Assembly: GCA_964564675.1 (NCBI GenBank)
Contig: CAZMBI010000005.1
Span: 126 to 64,125 of the forward strand
DNA length: 64,000 nt
Origin: an uncultured Azospirillaceae bacterium
Lineage (GTDB): Bacteria > Pseudomonadota > Alphaproteobacteria > Rickettsiales > UBA3002
Direction of reading: 5' to 3'
Below the pieces are notes generated by a model. The model did not search any database. It saw only the letters and a list, made by a program, of their open reading frames with translations, and was not told the DNA's origin. Below are positions 46,743 to 59,130 of this stretch, one piece after another. The translations under genes and the position numbers were made by a program. The number at the start of each line of letters is the position of its first letter. Positions within the stretch are counted from its first letter, which is position 1.

Positions 46743-49142
46743 ATGACAGGCGAACAGGCACGCATTACCGATGAAGAGGCGCTTCATTTTCATAAGAAAA
46801 TCCAGCCGGGCAAGCTGGCAATTACAGCCACCAAGCCGCTGATTACGCAGCGCGATTTGTCGCTGGGCTATTCACCCGGCGTAGCCGTTCCCTGTCAGGA
46901 AATCCATAAGGATCCAAACCTTGCCTATGAATACACTTCCAAGGGTAATTTTGTCGCCGTGATATCCAACGGCAGCGCCGTGCTCGGGCTGGGCAATCTG
47001 GGCGCGCTCGCCTCCAAACCGGTGATGGAGGGCAAAGCCATCCTGTTTAAGCGCTTTGCCGATATTGACGGCATCGACGTGGTCATCGACTCATCCGACC
47101 CTGATGAAATCATTAACGCCATTAAGCTGATCAGCCCGACCTATGGCGGCATCAATCTGGAAGACATCGCTGCGCCGGACTGCTTTATTATCGAGGAAAA
47201 GCTCAAAGAGTTGTGCGATATTCCGGTTTTTCACGATGACCAGCACGGCACGGCCATTATCGCCGCCGCCGGGCTGATCAATGCCGCGCATATTACGGGG
47301 CGCGATATCAAAAAGCTCAAAGTCGTGGTCAACGGGGCCGGCGCCGCCGGGATGTCATGTCTTGAGCTACTCAAATATATGGGCGTGCCGCACGCCAATC
47401 TCCTGCTGTGTGATCGTAAGGGTGTGGTCTATGAAGGCCGCACCGAACAGATGAATCAATGGAAATCGCGCCATGCAGTGAAAACCAAAAAGCGCACACT
47501 GACGGAAGCCATGAGCGGTGCCGACGTGTTTTTAGGTCTGTCAGTAGCCGGCGCGATCAGCCAGGATATGGTGAAGTCGATGGCCAAAAATCCCATCATT
47601 TTCGCCATGGCCAACCCGACCCCGGAAATCATGCCGGAAGAGATTATGGCGGTGCGCGATGACGCGATTATTGCAACCGGGCGTTCGGATTACCCCAACC
47701 AGGTTAATAATGTCATGGGCTTTCCGTATATTTTCCGTGGCGCGCTGGACGTGCGAGCGCGTGAAATTAACAACGAGATGAAAATCGCCGCCGCCGAGGC
47801 GCTGGCCAAACTGGCGCGCGAGGATGTCCCGGAGGAAGTCTCCGCCGCTTATTCGGGCCGCGAGATGAAATACGGGCCGGAATATATCATTCCTGCGCCG
47901 TTCGATCCGCGGCTGATTGCCACCATCCCGCCGGCGGTGGCGGACGCAGCCATGCAAACCGGCGTGGCACGTCAACCGATTACTGATTTTGAAGCCTATA
48001 AGCGGGAATTGTCCGCCCGGCTGGATCCCACCGTCAGTTCGCTCAGCCAGATATTCGATAAGGTGCGCGCCAATCCGCAGCGCATCATTTATGCCGAAGG
48101 CGAAGAAGAAAAAACCATCCGCGCCGCCATGCACTGGCGCGATAACGGCTACGGCCAGCCCATCCTGGTCGGCCGGGCCGAACGTATTCGTGATACGATG
48201 AATGAAATCGGCCTGAAAAACGCCGATGATATCGAAATTGTTAATGCCGCCGTCAGCCCGCACGTGCAGCAATATATCGACTATTTATACGCCAAGCTGC
48301 AGCGTAAGGGCTTTCTCTATCGCGATATTGTGCGTATGGTCAAAAATGACCGCAATATTTTCGCTTCCTGCATGCTTGCCTGCGGCCATGGCGACGCCAT
48401 GATCACCGGCCTCACCCGCGGCTATAACCGGGCGCTGGATAATATCTGCCGTGTGGTCGACACTAAAGACGGAGAAATCCCCTTTGCCATGTCAATGCTG
48501 GTGTTTAAGCAGCGTACAGTCTTTATCTCAGATGTCGCCGTGCAGGAACTGCCAAGCCCCTGGCAACTGGCCGATATTGCCGAGCACACCGCCAAGAAAG
48601 CCCGCCAGATGGGTCATGAGCCGCGTGTAGCCTTTTTATCCTATTCCAATTTCGGTAATCCGATGCGGGAGAAATCTGAACGCATCCGCCTGGCTATCCA
48701 GGAGATGGATAACCGTAACGTTGATTTTGAATATGACGGCGAAATGTCCGCCGATGTGGCGCTTAATCGCGAACTGCTCAAGCTCTATCCGTTCTGCCGT
48801 TTAAGCGAACCGGCCAATGTGCTCGTGATGCCGGCGCTGCATTCGGCGCATATCGCCTCCAACCTGCTTGAGGAACTGGGCGCCGGCACCAATGTCGGCC
48901 CCATCTTAAGCGGCATGGCCAAACCGGTGCAGATCGTGCCGATGGATGCTTCGGTGGCGGATATGATTAACCTGACCGCCATCGCCGCTATTGATGCCAT
49001 TGACAGCAATCCACACAGCGGAAGCCGCAAAACTAAGCGCGGCAATATCGGCAATAAGGGTAAAGCCACGCGCACCAAGCCCAAACCCGCCGGCAAATCA
49101 ACCGGCAAACCCACCGGCAGCAAAGCCAAGAAGGCCGCGTGA
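46743..49142 (+). CDS. maeB: NADP-dependent malic enzyme (malic + PTA-like domains) with a ~40-aa Lys-rich C-terminal tail
   Basis: [44 protein letters not shown], then a phosphate acetyltransferase-like C-terminal half. The tail is [41 protein letters not shown]. Confidence 0.92.
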   Translation: MTGEQARITDEEALHFHKKIQPGKLAITATKPLITQRDLSLGYSPGVAVPCQEIHKDPNLAYEYTSKGNFVAVISNGSAVLGLGNLGALASKPVMEGKAILFKRFADIDGIDVVIDSSDPDEIINAIKLISPTYGGINLEDIAAPDCFIIEEKLKELCDIPVFHDDQHGTAIIAAAGLINAAHITGRDIKKLKVVVNGAGAAGMSCLELLKYMGVPHANLLLCDRKGVVYEGRTEQMNQWKSRHAVKTKKRTLTEAMSGADVFLGLSVAGAISQDMVKSMAKNPIIFAMANPTPEIMPEEIMAVRDDAIIATGRSDYPNQVNNVMGFPYIFRGALDVRAREINNEMKIAAAEALAKLAREDVPEEVSAAYSGREMKYGPEYIIPAPFDPRLIATIPPAVADAAMQTGVARQPITDFEAYKRELSARLDPTVSSLSQIFDKVRANPQRIIYAEGEEEKTIRAAMHWRDNGYGQPILVGRAERIRDTMNEIGLKNADDIEIVNAAVSPHVQQYIDYLYAKLQRKGFLYRDIVRMVKNDRNIFASCMLACGHGDAMITGLTRGYNRALDNICRVVDTKDGEIPFAMSMLVFKQRTVFISDVAVQELPSPWQLADIAEHTAKKARQMGHEPRVAFLSYSNFGNPMREKSERIRLAIQEMDNRNVDFEYDGEMSADVALNRELLKLYPFCRLSEPANVLVMPALHSAHIASNLLEELGAGTNVGPILSGMAKPVQIVPMDASVADMINLTAIAAIDAIDSNPHSGSRKTKRGNIGNKGKATRTKPKPAGKSTGKPTGSKAKKAA

Positions 49143-49145
49143 GCG

Positions 49146-49829
49146 ATGCCGGCGACGGAATCTGCAGCCAAAAGCTATTTATTTGCTTACTGCGAGCGCG
49201 CGGGTGACCCCGGTTTCTGGGCGGAACCGCTCAATGCCGTCACCAATATCACCTTTTTAGTCTTTGCCTATTTAAGCTATCGCCTGCTGCGCGATGCGCC
49301 ATCGCGCAGGTTTAAAGCTATCGGCGATATCTGGGTACTGGTGGCGGCGATGTTCGGTATCGGCATCGGCAGCGGCCTGTGGCATACGCATGCGGCGGCC
49401 GGCTGGACGGTCATCGCCGACATCATACCGATTTATATTTTCATTAATCTGTATATTTTCAGCCTGTTTATGCGCCAGGGCGGCTTGCGTTTCTGGCAGG
49501 CCGGTGTGCTCTGGCTAGTCTTTCAGGCCGGCAGCGTGGTCATGGAAATGAACTTCTCGCGCGATACGCTCAACGGCTCCATTATGTATCTGCCCAGCTT
49601 TGTGATGCTGCTGCTCGGCACGGCATGGCTGGGCTGGCGCGCCAATGCACAATGGAAGGCGATGGCGCTGGTCACGGTTGCATTCACCATTTCGCTGGGC
49701 TTCCGCACCATCGATCTGATGGTATGTGATCAGTTCCCCTATGGCACCCATTTCCTGTGGCATATCTGTAATGCCTATGTCCTTTACCGCCTGGTGCTGA
49801 TCGTCACGCCCAAATGGGAACGGGCGTAG
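49146..49829 (+). CDS. Ceramidase-superfamily (alkaline ceramidase/YPC-like) polytopic membrane protein
   Basis: AEPLNAVTNITFLVFAY, GSGLWHTHA and HFLWHICNAYVLY resemble the conserved His/Asn motifs of the ceramidase family. About 7 TM helices. Starts 4 nt after maeB. Confidence 0.55.
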   Translation: MPATESAAKSYLFAYCERAGDPGFWAEPLNAVTNITFLVFAYLSYRLLRDAPSRRFKAIGDIWVLVAAMFGIGIGSGLWHTHAAAGWTVIADIIPIYIFINLYIFSLFMRQGGLRFWQAGVLWLVFQAGSVVMEMNFSRDTLNGSIMYLPSFVMLLLGTAWLGWRANAQWKAMALVTVAFTISLGFRTIDLMVCDQFPYGTHFLWHICNAYVLYRLVLIVTPKWERA

Positions 49830-49851
49830 GTTCTGCTAATGACATCGCCAC

Positions 49852-50505
49852 TTAATGCCCGGCGCCGGTATAAAAATACCAGCCAAGCCCGACGGTAAAC
49901 AGGAAACAGCCATAAATACCGTGCTCGATCCACACCAGCGGAAATGATCGGGTTTTGCTGTAAGTATGCGCAAATATGAGCCCGCCGATCATGCTCATCA
50001 CATAGGCCACCCAGTTATTAAAAATCAGATGCCCATGGCCGAAAGCCAGGCCGCTGGCGATCATCATTGTGCGTTCGCCGGGAAACAGCGCATCATAGCG
50101 ATCATAGAAAAAGAGTCGGTAAATCACCTCCTGCGGGAATACCGACAAAAGCGGGTAAAACACCATGATCAAGGCCCATAACACGGTGCGCTCCTGCGGC
50201 AATCCGAATAATCGGCTTGGCTCATACCATTGCAGAAACCCGACCATTAATGCCGCGCAAATGAGAAAGCGAACCAGCATCAGCTTGTTGAGGTGGCCAG
50301 GCATGTGGCGGAACGAACATACCGCTGCGCGCACCGTTTGGCCCGTGCGTTTTTTCCATATCCATAAACAGATGAAAGTGACAGCCCATAACAGGCCAAA
50401 TAAGGTGCGCGGCTCAAGCCATAGCCACATCACAACCGGCAGTATGACGAATAATAAAACAAATTCAGCAATCAGCCGCGGACGCGACGGATGGGACAAG
50501 CTCAC
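49852..50505 (-). CDS. CPBP-family intramembrane metalloprotease (CAAX protease-like)
   Basis: Multi-TM protein with FPQEVIYRLFF (EExxxR-like), ASGLAFGHGHL (FxxxH) and a downstream His-containing helix. Confidence 0.65.
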   Translation of the reverse strand: MSLSHPSRPRLIAEFVLLFVILPVVMWLWLEPRTLFGLLWAVTFICLWIWKKRTGQTVRAAVCSFRHMPGHLNKLMLVRFLICAALMVGFLQWYEPSRLFGLPQERTVLWALIMVFYPLLSVFPQEVIYRLFFYDRYDALFPGERTMMIASGLAFGHGHLIFNNWVAYVMSMIGGLIFAHTYSKTRSFPLVWIEHGIYGCFLFTVGLGWYFYTGAGH

Positions 50506-50623
50506 AGGTCACTCCATACTATATCGGTATTGAGCATAAAACGAACGGAAAGCGAAGGAAAGCGTTGTGTTCGGCTTGAAGCTGGAATGAATCTGGGGTA
50601 ATAACCTTGATGGCTTATAAACC

Positions 50624-51877
50624 ATGAGGAGAAAGATGGGAATGGAACCGCTGGCGAAAGTCGAAAAACCGGTTGATCAGGCACTGACTGCGCTGAAGCA
50701 GTTTTTCAAGATGGAATCATCCGGCGGTTTGGTTCTCATGGCGGCGGCAGTGATGGCGCTGATTATGGCCAATTCGGGATGGGCGCCGATCTATCATCAG
50801 TTTCTGGATACGAAACTCGCCATCACCATCGGTGAAAGTGGCCTCAACAAGCCCTTATGGCTATGGATTAATGACGGCCTGATGGCCATTTTCTTCTTTC
50901 TGGTTGGCATGGAAATCAAACGCGAAATTGTCGACGGTCAGCTTTCCTCGCGCGAGCAGGCCTCGCTTCCCTTCGTTGCCGCTGTGGGTGGCATGGCCGT
51001 ACCGGCATTGATTTACGTGTTTATCAATTCGGGCAATCCCGAAACCATAAGTGGCTGGGCCATTCCTGCGGCCACTGATATCGCCTTCGCCCTTGGCGTG
51101 CTGGCGCTGTTCGGCAAGCGCGTGCCGCTGGCGCTCAAAGTCTTTTTGATGGCGGTGGCGGTGATCGATGATCTGGGCGCGGTGCTTATCATCGCGCTGT
51201 TTTATACCGCGGAACTCTCCACCAAAGCCCTGCTTCTGGCGGCGCTCTGCCTGAGCGCGCTGATAGTGCTCAACCAGATGAAGTCCCCATATGTCTCGGC
51301 CTATGTCTTTATCGGCATCCTGATGTGGATTGCGGTGCTCAAATCCGGTGTGCACGCTACCATTGCCGGCGTACTGCTTGGCTTCGTGATACCGCACCGC
51401 TTAAAAAATCCCAGCGGCCATTCCATCCTGCAGGATCTGGAACATGGACTCCACCCCTGGGTCGCCTTCGGTGTGCTGCCTATTTTCGCCTTTGCCAATG
51501 CCGGTATCTCGTTTGAAGGCCTCACCTTTTCCCACATGCTCGATCCGCTGCCGCTGGGTATTGCGCTCGGGCTATTTTTCGGCAAGCAGATCGGGGTGTT
51601 CGGCTTCACCTATCTTGCCAGCTCCACCGGAATCATCAAACGCCCGACGGGTACGAACTGGATGCAGTTTTATGGCGTATCCATGCTATGCGGGATCGGC
51701 TTTACGATGAGTCTGTTTATCGGCAATCTGGCGTTTGACAGCACGCTGCTTGAAACTGAAACCCGGATCGGGGTTATGAGCGGCTCGCTTGCATCGGCGC
51801 TGGTTGGCTGTTTGATTCTGCACCTGTCGTTGCCGAAGAAGGCAAAAGCCGCCCAGCCTGCCGGCGCCACAACCTGA
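50624..51877 (+). CDS. nhaA: Na+/H+ antiporter NhaA (alternative start ATG 50642)
   Basis: FFKMESSGGLVLMAAAVMALIMANS, WINDGLMAIFFFLVGMEIKRE, AIPAATDIAFALGVLAL, VAVIDDLGAV. Confidence 0.93.
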   Translation: MRRKMGMEPLAKVEKPVDQALTALKQFFKMESSGGLVLMAAAVMALIMANSGWAPIYHQFLDTKLAITIGESGLNKPLWLWINDGLMAIFFFLVGMEIKREIVDGQLSSREQASLPFVAAVGGMAVPALIYVFINSGNPETISGWAIPAATDIAFALGVLALFGKRVPLALKVFLMAVAVIDDLGAVLIIALFYTAELSTKALLLAALCLSALIVLNQMKSPYVSAYVFIGILMWIAVLKSGVHATIAGVLLGFVIPHRLKNPSGHSILQDLEHGLHPWVAFGVLPIFAFANAGISFEGLTFSHMLDPLPLGIALGLFFGKQIGVFGFTYLASSTGIIKRPTGTNWMQFYGVSMLCGIGFTMSLFIGNLAFDSTLLETETRIGVMSGSLASALVGCLILHLSLPKKAKAAQPAGATT

Positions 51878-52844
51878 GCACTTTTTCATCGGCACGCGAT
51901 AACGGGAGTTGTTCCGCCTCGTCTGGCGTGAACCAGCCGCCGCGCCCCTCAGCCGGCGGAACGCTCGGTGCGCGCTCCGCGATAATTTCGGCTTCCAGCC
52001 GGAAATGGCTATAGGTCTGGCTGACCTCGCCGAGGCGCTCTAGCTTGCCGGCTGCCGGAGCATCTTGCGCGCACGCTTCCTCGACAAACCCATACAACCC
52101 GTTGAGAAACCGGCTTCGCCGCGGCGTGAGATACACCCTGCCCTGCGCGTCATACAGAATAATAATGCGCTTATGCCGCACGGGAACCCGTTTCGCCTGC
52201 TTCGGCGTAGGATAATCATGCGGTGCCCGCCTGCCCTGACAGATGGCATTAGCCGGACACACAGCGCAGGCCGGCATGGTGGGCGTACATACCATCGCCC
52301 CCAGATCCATCATCGCCTGATTGTAATGAAACGGTTGCCGGTCATCGACCAGCGACCGGGCATATTGCCATAACGCCGCCGGTTTCGCTTCACGAAGGCC
52401 GAAAATCCGATGCACCACGCGTTTGACATTGGCTTCCAGCACCGGCACCGGTTGGTGGTAGGCAAAAGCCAGAATCGCGTGCGCCGTGTTGCGGCCAATA
52501 CCCGGCAGCGCCATAAGCCCCTCATAATCCTCCGGCAGTCGCGGCGCCGTGCGTTTTGCCGCCCGGTGCAGGTTAAGCGCCCGGTTATAATAACCAAGCC
52601 CCTGCCAGGCCTTGAGCACGGCCTGCTCATCGGCGACCGCCAGCGCCTCAAGAGTCGGGAATTTCTTTAGAAACGGATAATAAAACCGCTCTAGCACGGT
52701 TTTCACCTGGGTTTGCTGGAGAAGGATTTCACTGACATAAATCGTATAAGGGTCATCGGTGTTACGCCACGGCAGGTCTTGCCGCCCGTGACGGCGATAC
52801 CACTGGTGCAGCCGGCGATGAAAATCAGCGAAATCGGCGGTCAT
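51774..52844 (-). CDS. mutY: A/G-specific adenine DNA glycosylase MutY
   Basis: LPWRNTDDPYTIYVSEILLQQTQV, GLGYYNRA, the Fe-S cluster cysteines CTPTMPACAVCPANAIC, and a NUDIX-like C-terminal domain. Start trimmed to the ATG at 52844. The last ~30 codons run antisense into nhaA. Confidence 0.92.
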   Translation of the reverse strand: MTADFADFHRRLHQWYRRHGRQDLPWRNTDDPYTIYVSEILLQQTQVKTVLERFYYPFLKKFPTLEALAVADEQAVLKAWQGLGYYNRALNLHRAAKRTAPRLPEDYEGLMALPGIGRNTAHAILAFAYHQPVPVLEANVKRVVHRIFGLREAKPAALWQYARSLVDDRQPFHYNQAMMDLGAMVCTPTMPACAVCPANAICQGRRAPHDYPTPKQAKRVPVRHKRIIILYDAQGRVYLTPRRSRFLNGLYGFVEEACAQDAPAAGKLERLGEVSQTYSHFRLEAEIIAERAPSVPPAEGRGGWFTPDEAEQLPLSRADEKVLRLWRRQAGRLLPSSATTGAESNSQPAPMQASRS

Positions 52845-52884
52845 GTATGGTAAAATACGGATAAATAAATTATATTCAAATCGT

Positions 52885-55628
<2,744 letters not shown>

Positions 55629-55691
55629 ATAAACGGGTTGAGACTATTGCATGAGGCCACTGCATGCGTTGGCCTGTGCCCAGTTCCGTCA

Positions 55692-55851
55692 TCCCCGTAA
55701 AAGCGGGGATCGCATCCAAGCTAACGTCTGACTTCGCCAGATACCTGCTTTCGCGGGGATCGAGAGCTAAAAGCCGATTGATGCTATCGTCTCGGGATAA
55801 TAACGCGACTTGCCATTCCCGGGCGTCCGCCACGGGCCGACCCGGAAATGA
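55692..55851. repeat. Cluster of REP-like hairpin elements downstream of thiC
   Basis: ATCCCCG-taaaag-CGGGGAT (55692-55711). A second copy of GCGGGGATCG at 55754-63. CATTCCCGGG...CCCGGAAATG (55815-24/55842-51, 9/10 paired). Confidence 0.55.
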
Positions 55852-55879
55852 CAGGCGGGTTTAAGCGCGCGGACGTGTG

Positions 55880-56161
55880 TTAAGATGCATGGCGGTCGCT
55901 CTGCCAGTTTTTTCGGTCCTGCTTTTGATAGTGATGATCCCGCTTGACCGAGCGGTTGGAAAAGCACAGATCTTTACCTGGATGTTTGGCGCGCCAGCGT
56001 TGCAGTGTGTCGTTATCCATCCAGCCCGGCTTGACGCAGGCATCCTGCATCTGCTGCGTGTGTCCCGAATGGCGTTCATAACCATACCCGCCGGCGCTGG
56101 CGCTCAGCGCCATCATGCATAGCGAGGAAAATGCGACAATACCAAATAGTAAACGATTCAT
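55880..56161 (-). CDS. Small secreted basic/His-rich hypothetical protein (93 aa)
   Basis: GGAGG RBS, signal peptide MNRLLFGIVAFSSLCMMALSASA, two Cys. No family recognised. Confidence 0.5.
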   Translation of the reverse strand: MNRLLFGIVAFSSLCMMALSASAGGYGYERHSGHTQQMQDACVKPGWMDNDTLQRWRAKHPGKDLCFSNRSVKRDHHYQKQDRKNWQSDRHAS

Positions 56162-56285
56162 GTCAGCCTCCTTTATTCGAGAGCAGGACATTACGGCAGG
56201 TGATGCAAAAAAACGCTAAGAAACGCCGGCAAAAAAATCAGCGCGCCATAAATAGCGTTGGCTTAAAAAAAGCATAGCCCGCCTT

Positions 56286-57560
56286 TCATTCGCGTGTTAT
56301 CGCGCTGACCATGCCCAGATCCAGCACGCCAGCCGGTTCTAGCGCACCGTGTTCACGCGGGTCTATAACCTTAAACTGCAGCGCATCAACAATACGATGC
56401 ACGAACACGTCGGCGTCCCCCTCGCGGCGGGTGGTGCCGCAATTGAGAAAATAATGCCCGGGTCGCAGCGGACAATCGAACGTAAAACATACCTGCGCCA
56501 CCTCCCCGGCGGCTACCGATTCACCGCGCTGGGCGAGCTCACGCGCCACCGCACCGCCCAGATCCACTCCGCGCTTGGTTTTCAGCATCATGCCATAGCA
56601 CGGCGCGGTGGCCGGCGCGTCATAACGCACATCATAATGCAGTTGATAGCGTCCGCCGGTATGTAATACATCAACCGGTTCGCCGCTTTTGTCCGTTAGC
56701 CGAATGGCACCGATACGCCCGCCGGCGGCGGCATATTCGATGCGGCTTTCGCTGACTGCTTCCTCATCTGCGTTCACACCCTGCTTGATATCGTTATGAA
56801 TGAAGGTGCGGCGCTCGGCCGGAGCGTAAACCAGTTTGTGATAATCCGCGATAACCTGTTTGGGTTCGCCATCGGCAATGATCTCGCCGCGATCCATCAG
56901 CAAGGCGCGATCACATAAATCGATGATGGCCTGCGGCGCGTGCGAAACCAGCAGCACGGTGCTCCCCCGCGCCTGCAACTCACGGATGCGGGCAAAACAT
57001 TTACGCTGAAAGCCTTCATCGCCAACGGCGAGCGCTTCATCCACCACCAGAATATCAGGCTCCACCGCCACCGCCACGGCAAATGCCAGGCGCACATACA
57101 TCCCGCTGGAATAGGTCTTCACCGGCTGCTGCACATGCATCGCATCCAGCCCGGAAAAAGCGACGATGTCGGCATAACGCGCTTCGGTTTCGGCTCTCGA
57201 CAGGCCGAGAATCGCGGCGTTGAGGAAAATATTCTCACGACCGGAGAATTCCGGGTTAAACCCTGCGCCCAGCTCCAGCAGGGCCGAAATCCGCCCGCTG
57301 ATGGCGCATTCGCCGCCGGAGGGCTGCAGCGTGCCGCAGACAATCTGCAACAGGGTGGATTTGCCCGAACCGTTACGGCCGATCAGCCCGATCGTCTGCC
57401 CAGGCGGTATACTCAGCGAAATATCGTGCAGGGCATGAAATTCGGAGAAATAAGTTTTCAGCCCACGCAGCAGCATTTGCTTGAGCCGGTCTTCAGGCCG
57501 CGCATAGATGCGGTAAATTTTACTGATCTGTGTCAGCGTGATGGCGGGATTATCATGCAT
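56286..57560 (-). CDS. Wzt/TagH-type polysaccharide-export ABC transporter ATP-binding protein with a C-terminal Wzt_C-like beta-sandwich domain; no cognate permease adjacent
   Basis: Walker A GRNGSGKST, signature YSSGMYVRLAFA, Walker B ILVVDEAL, H-loop VSHA. The C-terminal ~170 aa have a beta-rich pattern like O-antigen-terminus-binding domains. Confidence 0.85.
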   Translation of the reverse strand: MHDNPAITLTQISKIYRIYARPEDRLKQMLLRGLKTYFSEFHALHDISLSIPPGQTIGLIGRNGSGKSTLLQIVCGTLQPSGGECAISGRISALLELGAGFNPEFSGRENIFLNAAILGLSRAETEARYADIVAFSGLDAMHVQQPVKTYSSGMYVRLAFAVAVAVEPDILVVDEALAVGDEGFQRKCFARIRELQARGSTVLLVSHAPQAIIDLCDRALLMDRGEIIADGEPKQVIADYHKLVYAPAERRTFIHNDIKQGVNADEEAVSESRIEYAAAGGRIGAIRLTDKSGEPVDVLHTGGRYQLHYDVRYDAPATAPCYGMMLKTKRGVDLGGAVARELAQRGESVAAGEVAQVCFTFDCPLRPGHYFLNCGTTRREGDADVFVHRIVDALQFKVIDPREHGALEPAGVLDLGMVSAITRE

Positions 57561-57607
57561 ACGCCAGCATTATCGCAGGGACCGTGCCAAGACCAGTTAT
57601 AAATTGT

Positions 57608-58465
57608 CTATTGCACCATTTCGGCGGCATTGCGCGCGTTCTGATCGGCGCTGAGCGATTGCGGCAGGGCTTTCAGGCGGCGATATTCCGCCAGTTCAAT
57701 CGTCAGCTCGCGTGCGCGAACAGGCGCCATCTCGGCCAGAATGGGGGCCACCCGGCGGCTGGACATGCGATCCACCACAAGCAGCATGATCGGCATATCC
57801 AGTTCATTGAAAATCTTGGCGGCGTCTCTGGGTTTCATGGTCTCATAAATTTTGACCAGCCCGTCAACTTTTTTATCTTCAAGCTGTTTATGTTCTTTCA
57901 GCAGCGCATCAACCTGCTTTTTCAACCCCTTCATTTCGCTGAGCTTATCGTTCACCCGCAGTTCGGTGGCCTCCAGCAGTTTCTCTTTTAAATCCACTTC
58001 CCGCTTGCGTTCCTCTAGCTCCTTACGCCGTTCGGCCAGGCTTTGCAGAATATCGAGTTCAATCTGGGTAAATTCGCGTTTGACCTGTGGCTGACTTTCC
58101 TCCGGCTCAGGTTCAAGGCTCGCCAGTTCCACTTCATCCGGGCCGCCGGCTAATAGTGTTTGCCCGTTTTGTTCCAGCTCACCCTGGGCTGGCTGTGGCG
58201 TGGGCTCGGCTTGTTGCGGCTGCTGCTCTTCCTGCGCCAGCGCATCCTGATTAAGCACGCGCTTGAGCTCCTGACTGTGGGTATACAGCTCAGCGGATTT
58301 CACCGCCAGCAGCAGCACCGCCATCATCATCGTCAGCGGCAACAGGCGAAAGCGAGATACGGACACCTTGCCCGGCCTGTCAAAAACCGGTTCCGGCGGT
58401 TTGGGCGGATCGGGCATCGGGTCCGCCACCGATTGCGATAAAGCCGGTTGGTGGCGGCGGGTCAT
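57608..58465 (-). CDS. motE: MotE-family flagellar motility protein (membrane anchor + coiled coil + MgtE_N-like C-terminal domain)
   Basis: TM anchor LLPLTMMMAVLLLAV, a long coiled coil, and C-terminal VKIYETMKPRDAAKIFNELDMPIMLLVVDRMSSRRVAPILAEM. Lies in the fliLM operon. Confidence 0.6.
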   Translation of the reverse strand: MTRRHQPALSQSVADPMPDPPKPPEPVFDRPGKVSVSRFRLLPLTMMMAVLLLAVKSAELYTHSQELKRVLNQDALAQEEQQPQQAEPTPQPAQGELEQNGQTLLAGGPDEVELASLEPEPEESQPQVKREFTQIELDILQSLAERRKELEERKREVDLKEKLLEATELRVNDKLSEMKGLKKQVDALLKEHKQLEDKKVDGLVKIYETMKPRDAAKIFNELDMPIMLLVVDRMSSRRVAPILAEMAPVRARELTIELAEYRRLKALPQSLSADQNARNAAEMVQ

Positions 58466-59130
58466 GCCTTATTGCCTCCTGCTTTAAGGGCATCAAACAA
58501 TTCCTGCTCTGCCCGCGAGCGCAGGCGCGCAGTAGGAGCACGGCGACGGGGCGTTTCGGCCGCTGCGGCCTCTTCCGCCGGTTTTTCGGTTCGCCCGGAG
58601 ACCTTGCGCAACACGCCGTCCAGTCCCGACGCGCGGCTTTTTTCAGCGCCGCTTGCAGCCGCCCGCCGGGATTTGCTTGACGCCTCCGAACGGGGCGTCT
58701 TTTTTGCCTCCTGCTGACGCGGCATGGGCGATTCCGCCTGCGTTTCAGGAGCCTGGTTGCGCGCCGCCTGCTCCCGCGCCGGTGCCTGACGCGCCGCACG
58801 GGCCGGGGTGATATTGCCTTCCATCTTGTCCGCCAGTTTCGATCCCTTCTCGATCATGAACTGCAAATCATCGGCCAGATAGTTGGCCTTATCGATTTTA
58901 TGCTGAATATTCTCGGCTATCCGGCTGGTGGCGCCATGAATCTCGGCAATACTTTCCGTAGCCCGCTGGGTGGATTCATCAAACTGGCGGATGATCTGAG
59001 CCAGTTCGCTCTTCGAATCCTGCAATACCCGAATCCGTTTATTAAGGCGCCAGCAATACACCGTGGTGATAATCAACAAAAGGGCCATCAGGCCGTCAAG
59101 CATGATGGTCAGGATCAACTGTGCAGCCAT
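58462..59130 (-). CDS. DUF6468-like flagellar-cluster protein (N-terminal TM + coiled coil + disordered basic tail)
   Basis: MAAQLILTIMLDGLMALLLIITTVYCWRLNKRIRVLQDSKSEL... Overlaps the fliM stop by 16 nt and the motE-like start by 4 nt. Confidence 0.55.
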   Translation of the reverse strand: MAAQLILTIMLDGLMALLLIITTVYCWRLNKRIRVLQDSKSELAQIIRQFDESTQRATESIAEIHGATSRIAENIQHKIDKANYLADDLQFMIEKGSKLADKMEGNITPARAARQAPAREQAARNQAPETQAESPMPRQQEAKKTPRSEASSKSRRAAASGAEKSRASGLDGVLRKVSGRTEKPAEEAAAAETPRRRAPTARLRSRAEQELFDALKAGGNKA

